From a bacterium (GTDB taxonomy: Bacteria > Bacteroidota > Ignavibacteria > UBA10030): a stretch of 64,000 nt of DNA. Where the stretch lies: the NCBI GenBank assembly GCA_043803945.1, contig JAZDJN010000087.1, positions 256,001 through 320,000 on the forward strand, written 5' to 3'. Made by a program: the position numbers and the translations under genes. The notes below the pieces were generated by a model, which saw only the letters and a program-made list of their open reading frames with translations, was not told the origin of the DNA and ran no database searches. Positions 31,258 through 39,532 of this stretch are shown here, piece after piece; the first letter of the stretch is position 1; each line of letters begins with the position of its first letter.

Positions 31258-32838
31258 CTATCTATATGAAATAAGAACGATTGCTTTTTTCTTCAGCGGG
31301 AAGCTTGCATCGGCATACGAACTTTTTTCCACGCTGACATTTCTGTGCTGCACCGGTTTTCCGTTCACCAGAATGGATCTGGCTTTTGTTCCTTCCGGCA
31401 GGAGGAGATGCAGGTCGACTGTTGCTTTCCCTTGAAGTTCCAACACGATATTCTTTTTCGCTTGATCATGTACATAGGAATATTCAAGAGCTGCACCCGA
31501 TGCACCATAGGTGACACAGACCGAAGCTTCATGCTGGCCCGCGGCGATCCAGCGGGGAGAGAGTTTCACATGCTGGAACAGCTTATGCTGATCGACAACG
31601 CCAGCCAATCCTTCGGTGAGAGCGGAAAGCATTGACGACGATCCCCATGCATCCCTCGGCAAAGCATCGGGGCTTGTGCTGGTTTCAAGGCTTGCCGGCT
31701 CTCCATCAGGGAAGTACCAGAGATACGATGTATTGTTTTGGGTGAGCTGCTCGTATTTCAGAAGCTGCTGTACTCCATATTCCTCAAATCCATGGTCCAG
31801 AGCGGCACGGGCAATCTCACCGCCGACAAGCGGCATAATACCTCCATTACAATATGCACCCGGTTTGATCTTTTCATCGCCATAAATGCCGGCTGGAAAC
31901 GGCGGATCGATACTGAACCATTCTGCAAAGGCCTTCGTTGTTACTGCGCGCTTTTGGTATTCACGAAGAATGCTTGCAGCCATCGCGTGGGTTGCCATAC
32001 CGCGATTGATATCCATCGGATTGCTGAGGGAGAGTTGTTCGCTCTCATCGACCCCTTCGATCTTCACAGGAACGAGAGGAACATGATGCGTATAGAACCT
32101 CCCGTTAAAACAGACTTTGTTTGCGCGTTTCCGGAATGATTCGGCAAAAAGAGCCCAGTGCTTCGCCCGTTTTCTGTTGCCAAGATGAGCGTAGAAGTGT
32201 GCCATTTGTCTGAAGGCAAGATAGTACCCCGAGTTATCGCCATGCATGATTCCCCAGAAGGTATGCTCATTGATCTGAAAATTCAGCCAGTGATGACGCC
32301 CAGCCGTATAATCGAAATCCCAGGTATCGATCGTATAACCGCGTTTAACGAGCTTGTGTTTCTTATCCCATCGCCATTCGTCAGTCAGGATGTAATTAAG
32401 TGCACGCTCCATATTCGGCAGGATTCGTTTCAGCCACTGATCATCACCGGTTGCCTGCCATGCGAGGTAGGCAGCGTTGACAAAGCGGTATTCGACATCC
32501 GCTTCTACTGGCACCCGCACATACTTTGCCCAGTTCTCTTTCTCACATGGCACTTTTTCAGGCGTCATTGAGACATAATCAAAAATCCATCCGCGGGCAG
32601 TTTGTGTCTCGGCAAAATGATTGATGAGGCTTTTCATATCGGGTTCCCAGTATTTGAAGACCCGCATCATATCGGCGTTGTCGCGCAGCCAGAGGCTTGG
32701 CGAGTCGGGCGTGCGATACCCGCGCAATGGCACACCGAGTGGATTCCAGTCGGTGATATCGGCTGTCATGAATCCTTTTATTCTCGGGAAGAGTGCATCA
32801 AGCTGTTGATGGCCACACCGCACAAATGATTCCTTCAT
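31258..32838 (-). CDS. Cytoplasmic six-hairpin glycosidase-like protein
   Basis: WLRD, EADVEY, WQATGDDQWL, YCNGG, LTEGLAGV followed by a beta-strand C-domain; no signal peptide. Confidence 0.6.
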   Translation of the reverse strand: MKESFVRCGHQQLDALFPRIKGFMTADITDWNPLGVPLRGYRTPDSPSLWLRDNADMMRVFKYWEPDMKSLINHFAETQTARGWIFDYVSMTPEKVPCEKENWAKYVRVPVEADVEYRFVNAAYLAWQATGDDQWLKRILPNMERALNYILTDEWRWDKKHKLVKRGYTIDTWDFDYTAGRHHWLNFQINEHTFWGIMHGDNSGYYLAFRQMAHFYAHLGNRKRAKHWALFAESFRKRANKVCFNGRFYTHHVPLVPVKIEGVDESEQLSLSNPMDINRGMATHAMAASILREYQKRAVTTKAFAEWFSIDPPFPAGIYGDEKIKPGAYCNGGIMPLVGGEIARAALDHGFEEYGVQQLLKYEQLTQNNTSYLWYFPDGEPASLETSTSPDALPRDAWGSSSMLSALTEGLAGVVDQHKLFQHVKLSPRWIAAGQHEASVCVTYGASGAALEYSYVHDQAKKNIVLELQGKATVDLHLLLPEGTKARSILVNGKPVQHRNVSVEKSSYADASFPLKKKAIVLISYR

Positions 32839-32866
32839 CTCAACATACCCCTTTGAATGTTATGGA

Positions 32867-33901
32867 TTACTTCGTTGGCTTCCACGATGGTAAGATCTCA
32901 CCATACGTACTCGCTGTCACTCTTCGTTGATCGGAGCCGTTCGACCGCATTACCCAAATCTCGCTTACATATTGTTTTACTTCTCGTAAATAGATAATCC
33001 ATTTTCCATCAGGAGACCAGGCCGGATAGAACCCGTTAACAGACAGCCGCGTCTCCCCTGTCAAATCCCGCCTTATCGATTTTATTCCAAGGCTGTCATG
33101 CGTCAGAAAAGATGTTCCATCGACCGACCAGGACATGTTGTCCGGGTAACATTTGCTTAAAAAATACCGTTGCTGGCTGTCGATGCTTTTTGCTTCCAAT
33201 CCTGCGTTGGTGACCTTGTAGTATACGATACGACTATCCGGTGACCAACGAGGATACAGCGCATCGTTTAGTGTGTCGGATAGTATTCGTTGATTCAATC
33301 CATCGGGGGTTACAACCACTGTTCTCCAGGTGCCTGCCTTCCTGGAAAATGCAATCTGTGTACCATCGGGCGACCATACGGGGAACCGCGAATCATGTTC
33401 CGGCCCGGTAATCTGTGTACACCCCGCTCCATCATTCGTCATAGTACAGAGAACATATCTGTTATTTACCAGTCGTCTGAAGACCAGCGATGCTCCGTCG
33501 GGCGACCAATCAAATTCCAGATCAAAACCTTCGTACCTGGTCAGATTAATTTTATTCGATCCGTCGTTGTTCATCCGGTAAATTTCCTCTGCACCATCGC
33601 GAGTAGTTCGGAAAGCAATATATTTTCCATCGGGAGAGTACTTTGGGAAATTATCAAATCCACGATGCGCGACGGCAACTTCGTGCTTCGATAAGTCTCT
33701 GAGGTTCGATCCATCAGCATTGATCTGATAGATGCTTCTACCAAATGATCCACCTGTAGCATCATAGCTTGTATCGTTTCGACAGAACAATATTTCATAG
33801 GATTTTAATTCGGTTGTATCCAAGTCGTTGATATTCGTATCATGACAACCAGAAACAATTAGACATACAATTGTTATTATAGAAGAGCTGATTTGTTTCA
33901 T
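32867..33901 (-). CDS. TolB-like PD40 beta-propeller lipoprotein
   Basis: Lipobox VSGC; repeated (Y/W)SPDG motifs. Confidence 0.8.
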   Translation of the reverse strand: MKQISSSIITIVCLIVSGCHDTNINDLDTTELKSYEILFCRNDTSYDATGGSFGRSIYQINADGSNLRDLSKHEVAVAHRGFDNFPKYSPDGKYIAFRTTRDGAEEIYRMNNDGSNKINLTRYEGFDLEFDWSPDGASLVFRRLVNNRYVLCTMTNDGAGCTQITGPEHDSRFPVWSPDGTQIAFSRKAGTWRTVVVTPDGLNQRILSDTLNDALYPRWSPDSRIVYYKVTNAGLEAKSIDSQQRYFLSKCYPDNMSWSVDGTSFLTHDSLGIKSIRRDLTGETRLSVNGFYPAWSPDGKWIIYLREVKQYVSEIWVMRSNGSDQRRVTASTYGEILPSWKPTK

Positions 33902-33945
33902 ATGGATATCCTCCCAAAAATTACTTTACCAGAAACGACAGATGC

Positions 33946-34620
33946 CTAAGGACAGGTTATATCGGAAACAGATACGCTCGATCCATTGCTTGCTGTTATT
34001 TGTCTAATTTCAGTGCAATCACCATTATGATCGCGGAAAAAAACATAGAATGTAGTCGTTCCGATGTTTGACCGAAATATGAAAAGCTGATTATTGTAAT
34101 CAAAATAGAAATCATTTTCGGTATTATCTGGGATGTATGTCCTGTAATTAGTGCTTGTGGTATCTGATGCATTCTGAGTTGACACCGCTAGGTGGGCCCA
34201 ATCCTCTTTTGAAATATATGATGTGCTTTCTATCCAATGAATTCTCCCGGATATTTGAAATGAAATTCCAGGCACCAGCAATTCACTATTTACGCTTCCG
34301 TTCCCATTCCAATCAAAGGGATCCCCCGAACCTTGATAATTATCAGGATCAAAATAATATCCTTCTTCATATGATTTTACACTTGCATTATCCTCATGCT
34401 CTGCCCATACTTTGTAGGTGCCGATACCATTTGTTGGTAAATACCAAGGTGTTCCGCTAAAATCTCCAGATCCTAATTCTCCATCGCCAGGTTTATCGGG
34501 AACTGTATACCCAAGAAATACAGGGTTTGCGTTGGGCGCCTGTCCAAATATCTTTAATCGAACACCATAGCCTGATTCTTTCAGCCATGCTTTTCCATTT
34601 ATTATTCTAATGTCAGCCAT
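33946..34620 (-). CDS. Hypothetical protein
   Basis: 224 aa ORF with AGGAG RBS; AT-richer than neighbours; no recognised motif. Confidence 0.6.
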   Translation of the reverse strand: MADIRIINGKAWLKESGYGVRLKIFGQAPNANPVFLGYTVPDKPGDGELGSGDFSGTPWYLPTNGIGTYKVWAEHEDNASVKSYEEGYYFDPDNYQGSGDPFDWNGNGSVNSELLVPGISFQISGRIHWIESTSYISKEDWAHLAVSTQNASDTTSTNYRTYIPDNTENDFYFDYNNQLFIFRSNIGTTTFYVFFRDHNGDCTEIRQITASNGSSVSVSDITCP

Positions 34621-34832
34621 GATATGTCTCCTATCGATTAGTGTAAGTTTATACTACCGGTTTAGTATTTGAACCATAAATATAAATCAGTTCATTATTA
34701 TCAGTCAATCCAAAATCTTTTGCCGCTCGAGTCGTGTCCATTCGGTTAATTTGCAACCACTCCTAAAAACAGTCATGCTCATATTGTACACACACAGATC
34801 AACGACAAATTCTTCTATTGGGCTTCAAACGC

Positions 34833-35978
34833 TTATTTACTCTGCTTCATGCCATATTCGATACTGACCCGTTGTATCGCTTCAAATTTCGAGACATCTG
34901 TTCCGGGCACAACGTTAAATCCATCGCCGAGAATAATGCCGCCGGAGGAAGCAAGCGTTGCGAGAATACGTCGCGCCTCCGTCTCAACTTCTGCAACTGA
35001 GCCCCGCTCCAGGATCATCGGATCGATATTGCCGTGCAGGATAACTTTACCCGCAAGCATGCTCATTTCTTCCGGCAGGTTTCCCGAACCGTAGCCGGTC
35101 AGCATGGTAATCTTCAAGTCGTTTAGCAGCGCTCCATGAAGATGGACGTTCCGGCCGCAGAGATGCATCGTGCGTCCGTCGGCACGGTAACAACCGAACA
35201 GGTCATAGAGCTTCTTTGCATACGGGACACAGAATTCCCGATATTGCTCAGGTGAAACCACCTGTGCCGAATCGTCGGAATAATTCAGTCCGTCGTCGAC
35301 GGGACGATCGAGCACTTTTCGGAATTCCGACTCGACCTCGATGTACCGCTTCGTCAGCATTGTCAAAAATGCATGACACTCATCCGGCGCTTCCATCATC
35401 CACTCATAAAAATTGGCGCCGGCAAGATCCACCGCCGTCATAAACGGACTGTCGGCATTAATACCCACGGTTACTTTAAGAGGAATTCTCTCACCGTTCA
35501 ACCGCACATCGACATCCTGCACCAATTCCTTCATCGTATAATACCACTCTAGTTTCTTTCCCCAGAGTGTTCGTCTCCAATCGGGTAACTTATGGTTTGT
35601 CAGGTCGTCAATTGTGCTCATGCTTTCGATCGCCTGTGGCGTCTCATTCTCCTGCCAGTAGATTTCGCACCCGCAGCCGCTGGCGTTGGTGACATTCTGA
35701 AAATCGGGGTAGACGATCAGCTTCGGATCACTAAACCAATCATCAGGGATATTCTCAATGCGCCATTTGAGGTTTTCAAGTTGATGAATGAGTTGCGTTT
35801 TGGGATCGGAGAAATATTCCGCAAAGGTGATTCCGCGGGCGTGGAGCAGATACCGTGCTTCGATGCCAAGCCAGATCGGTGTACGATCGAAGTACGCAAA
35901 CCGAAACGCATGCTCCAACCGTTTGCGGCTTTTGTCGATTTCGCTGAGAGGATAGTGAATATTCAATGAGTAGATCAT
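34833..35978 (-). CDS. Uroporphyrinogen decarboxylase / MtaA-CmuA methyltransferase superfamily protein
   Basis: SDDSAQVVSPEQYREFCVPY, MHLCG, LHGNIDP, GGIILGDG. Confidence 0.75.
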   Translation of the reverse strand: MIYSLNIHYPLSEIDKSRKRLEHAFRFAYFDRTPIWLGIEARYLLHARGITFAEYFSDPKTQLIHQLENLKWRIENIPDDWFSDPKLIVYPDFQNVTNASGCGCEIYWQENETPQAIESMSTIDDLTNHKLPDWRRTLWGKKLEWYYTMKELVQDVDVRLNGERIPLKVTVGINADSPFMTAVDLAGANFYEWMMEAPDECHAFLTMLTKRYIEVESEFRKVLDRPVDDGLNYSDDSAQVVSPEQYREFCVPYAKKLYDLFGCYRADGRTMHLCGRNVHLHGALLNDLKITMLTGYGSGNLPEEMSMLAGKVILHGNIDPMILERGSVAEVETEARRILATLASSGGIILGDGFNVVPGTDVSKFEAIQRVSIEYGMKQSK

Positions 35979-36011
35979 GGGTGTTGTAAGGGTATCGTCA
36001 CAATGGTTTTT

Positions 36012-36240
36012 ATATCACTCCTACGGAGCTCAAGTACAGATAAACCATTCGTTCTACAACTATCTCGGATCAATTAAAAAAGAATTCAAACCTGGGCGTC
36101 ATGAACCATTTCGTGACGCTAACTATGGAAAATATTCAACTATAAAGTGTCACGGTATGGACCGTGACACCCTTGGTGTACTTTTTGGATAGCCTCAGAC
36201 ATTTTCAATTGTTTTTGTTCGAGCCCCGGATGGGCGATAT
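36012..36240. repeat. Nested REP-like doublets
   Basis: Outer pair atatcactcctacggagct (36012-36030) and agccccggatgggcgatat (36222-36240); inner pair of 24-nt hairpins at 36096-36119 and 36147-36170 (the latter a perfect 10-bp stem). Confidence 0.6.
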
Positions 36241-36246
36241 TCATAT

Positions 36247-38121
36247 TCATATTTCCCGCCACCCTGCTTTCCCACCAAAGTCTTTCATTCTCCACATATA
36301 TTCCTGATCAATAAATGGCACATCGTCTTTATGACACTCCATTAATTCTATCTTTCGCTTGAGCTGCTCTCCAAATGACGCACCATAGATATGAAGCGTT
36401 TCTATTGTGCGTGCAACCGGCATCCAGGGAATGGTTGTCTCTTCCCATAATGCAAGAAGCTCCCGTGCGTTTTCCAATTCGTTGGCTACCATCGATCGGG
36501 TCTTTAACAGGAATTCTTCCCATCGAAGATAAGATGTTGCTTCAAGATATCCATGCACCGCTTCGGTCCATGCAACAGAATTTCTCATCGTCCTGTAATA
36601 GGCCTTTGCAGCACGCAATCGTACTGACAGATCTTCAAAGACATCCTTTGCCTGCTTGGTACACTGCTCATTTGCCAGAGTTTTCTTGAGATGGGAGAGT
36701 GCAAGCTCAAGCGGTGGTAACACCTGTTCATCGACGATATCTTTATATTCTTCTGCTTCTTTCACCGAAAGGAAATTCCACATCATATCGTTATTCAGAT
36801 CGACCCGTGCGGGATTGTTGAAGGTGGCGAGAAGGTACCGTTCGTAATACTCGCGATCCTGTTCAGGAATCGCTTCAATATTCGGCACAAAGGGACGAAT
36901 CCAGAGACGGAACCATGGGAAGGCAAATGTGCTGTACGGAATGCCCGCGGGATAATTTCTGAACGCCCGATCAGAGAGATCCCAGCACGTCATCAATTCC
37001 TCTGCATGCAGGGTGCCAACCATTCGTTCCGCCGCTTCCATCAAGATCGCATCAATGGTTTCCTCTCGCCCCTGCTGTAGAGAACGAAGCACTTCGCCAT
37101 TGATGTCAAACGGCGCAAGCGATTTGGGTGTGACGCTCACGAGCAGGTAATTTACTCCTGCCTTGCGAGCTGCCGTCAACCGTTCAAACACAATGCGGGG
37201 ATACGGGACGCCAAGAACAGAATTCAATCCGAGATCGATCTTATTGTGGACGAAGGCACCAACAGCGGTTAAACGGGTTCGTTCCTCCTCGCTCTCGCTT
37301 CCCTCAAACGAACCAAAAGCTCCTGCATCGATCCCGTCTCCCAAATGCGGAACAAGATATTTTCTCTCCGCGTAAAACGGCCCTAGGTCACAAATCACCC
37401 GAAAAGCGGGATTACTCATTTTACCCTCATCTCGCAGCAGCCGGTAATAGGTCAGAACATTTTCAGCGGCTTTCCGGGCAATCTCGTTGTCGCTCTTCCA
37501 CTCCCGGATGAGATAGGGCCCGCCGTTTCGTCCGGCATAAAGCGATGTTGTAAACTCAAATCCGGCTCCGCTGTCGTTTGTCCAGACATGCACAAACCCA
37601 AGCCCGGGAATTTCTCTCATGATATTCTGCATCAACTCCCGGTAGTGTTGTTGTACAACAGGGTGTGCCATTGCCAGTGTGTATCGCGGACGAAAACTTT
37701 CACGCGGATGATCGACACGTGCACCGCGGAGGAACGGAAATTTTTCCCAGAACTGTTCCGGTATGGAGCGGGGGGAATTGATGTGCAATCCCGGCACCAG
37801 GCCATGGTTCATGGAAAGCGATGCGATGGCCTTGAGGTTTTCCAGGTTCGCGGCAAGATAGTCTTTCGGATAGAGACCATCAAGGAGCTTGCTCGAAACG
37901 AATTGATCGAGGTCCGGGCTGTAATCGTAGAACCATGAGTAGACATCGCCTGGCGGCCCTGACTCATACGGCTTAGCAGTGCCGAGTCCGTTGATTGTTA
38001 CGTGCGTAAATCCCTGTTCGGCAAGTTGGCGGATGTACGCTTCCCGATCAAAACCCCGTGCGGTGCGTAAACTGCCGACCAGAAAATCGCTGATGTTCCG
38101 CAGCCAGAGAAATGGTGAAAT
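36247..38121 (-). CDS. Hypothetical protein, probable glycoside hydrolase-like TIM barrel; N-terminus extends beyond the tracked ATG at 37812
   Basis: Frame stays open 108 codons upstream of 37812 with protein-like sequence and no ATG/GTG/TTG; candidate ATT start at 38121 lies 7 nt after AGGAG. Confidence 0.6.
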   Translation of the reverse strand: MSPFLWLRNISDFLVGSLRTARGFDREAYIRQLAEQGFTHVTINGLGTAKPYESGPPGDVYSWFYDYSPDLDQFVSSKLLDGLYPKDYLAANLENLKAIASLSMNHGLVPGLHINSPRSIPEQFWEKFPFLRGARVDHPRESFRPRYTLAMAHPVVQQHYRELMQNIMREIPGLGFVHVWTNDSGAGFEFTTSLYAGRNGGPYLIREWKSDNEIARKAAENVLTYYRLLRDEGKMSNPAFRVICDLGPFYAERKYLVPHLGDGIDAGAFGSFEGSESEEERTRLTAVGAFVHNKIDLGLNSVLGVPYPRIVFERLTAARKAGVNYLLVSVTPKSLAPFDINGEVLRSLQQGREETIDAILMEAAERMVGTLHAEELMTCWDLSDRAFRNYPAGIPYSTFAFPWFRLWIRPFVPNIEAIPEQDREYYERYLLATFNNPARVDLNNDMMWNFLSVKEAEEYKDIVDEQVLPPLELALSHLKKTLANEQCTKQAKDVFEDLSVRLRAAKAYYRTMRNSVAWTEAVHGYLEATSYLRWEEFLLKTRSMVANELENARELLALWEETTIPWMPVARTIETLHIYGASFGEQLKRKIELMECHKDDVPFIDQEYMWRMKDFGGKAGWREI

Positions 38122-38370
38122 GGGTTGACTCCTGTGCTACTTTGCATTCAATAACTATTGGGAATGTGGTAATGCTCTCGATGGTCTTATCAGATTTTAT
38201 AATTACTCGGTTAGTTCTCCTCGGATGACACACCGATATTTACAGATAATGATTTTGTGTGTTAGTTCTTCGAACAAGGTTTTACACTACTTCCTTTTCT
38301 CAGTGATAATCAGTGTGCCATCAGTGGTTAATAATGACATATTTAGCTGAGTAGTTACGATGAAACAACA

Positions 38371-38434
38371 ATGGGGTAACCTCACTTGGGTGAATCCCTT
38401 TGCTCCGGGGAGACCCACAAGGAGATTACCCCAT
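38371..38434 (-). terminator. Long stem-loop downstream of the PorV-like gene (terminator or RNA-stabilising hairpin)
   Basis: atggggtaacctc...gagattaccccat enclosing a second stem; followed by tgttgtttc on the minus strand. Confidence 0.55.
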
Positions 38435-38490
38435 GGTATTGTCTCTACATCAGCCGCACTTCTTTCAACAAGAATATGCAGCTTTAATGT

Positions 38491-39519
38491 TTACTTCATG
38501 CCTACGGTCAGGGTAATGCGATGTACCGCATCAAGAATATCCATTGAAGTCATCGCATAATCCACCCGAAGGTTGTACTGATCCAAATCAAAGCGAATTC
38601 CTCCGCCAACGGACAATCCTTCGATTGACTGCTTGATGGAGCTTCGGGTGCTCGTTCCATTATCCTCGGCGCCGGAGTAATTCAATTTATACCCGCCGCG
38701 AATTGACAGGAAGCCGCGGTAAGTATACTCGCCCCCCACATAGAAAAGCTGGGGGCTATCTTGCGGTTTCACAGCATCGACGGCAAGCAAGAGTTCTCCA
38801 ATGCCCTCGCTCTTAATCGGCTTGAAGGAAGTACCTACGCTGAAGGTGATCGGAATCGGTGACTCGACATCGTAGTACTTGATTCCGGAACCCAGGTTAC
38901 TCAGGCGGGCAGAAATTTTCCAATCGTAGAGGTAATTCCCGATGGAGCCTATTGTATAGATCGATCCAAGGTCAACGGCTACGGCACTTTTCGTCTGATC
39001 GTCCAGTGCCTCGCTGATGTACTTGATTGTCGCGCCAAGCGAGAGTTGATCTGAGAATTGCCGGGCAAACGTTGCTTGGAGAGCAATATCTTGATAATCA
39101 TACGTGCCACTCGTTGCTTGATCAATTTGCTGCGATGCCAGGGCGACCGGTGCGATATCGCGGTAGGCCGGAATGCCTGTAACACCAAACATGATGGCAC
39201 CGATACCAATTGTTCCTATATCTCCGAGTTTGTACGATACTCCAAATGCATTATGCTTCAAATCAGCTATCCATTTATTGTATGAGACCGTTCCCTGTAA
39301 TTGTTCGGTCCGCAGGGCAATTCCTGCCGGGTTCCAGAACATTTGGCCGACGTCTTCAGCGACCGATGTGCTCGCTGATCCAAGCCCTACACTACGAGCC
39401 CCAACACCCACCTTTAGGAAGGCTGCAGAGTTAAGGCCGGCTTTTCGGACTTGGGCCGGGGCGCTCAGAACGATCGCAAGTATGGATAGAACGATCAAGG
39501 CAGATCTTAGTAGTTTCAT
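38491..39519 (-). CDS. PorV/PorQ-like (UPF0164) outer-membrane beta-barrel
   Basis: Signal peptide; AFLKVGVGARSVGLG, MFWNPAGIA, AVDLG, LSNLG, LSIRGGY, VDYA...HRITL. Confidence 0.85.
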   Translation of the reverse strand: MKLLRSALIVLSILAIVLSAPAQVRKAGLNSAAFLKVGVGARSVGLGSASTSVAEDVGQMFWNPAGIALRTEQLQGTVSYNKWIADLKHNAFGVSYKLGDIGTIGIGAIMFGVTGIPAYRDIAPVALASQQIDQATSGTYDYQDIALQATFARQFSDQLSLGATIKYISEALDDQTKSAVAVDLGSIYTIGSIGNYLYDWKISARLSNLGSGIKYYDVESPIPITFSVGTSFKPIKSEGIGELLLAVDAVKPQDSPQLFYVGGEYTYRGFLSIRGGYKLNYSGAEDNGTSTRSSIKQSIEGLSVGGGIRFDLDQYNLRVDYAMTSMDILDAVHRITLTVGMK

Positions 39520-39532
39520 GGTTGTTTTCCTC

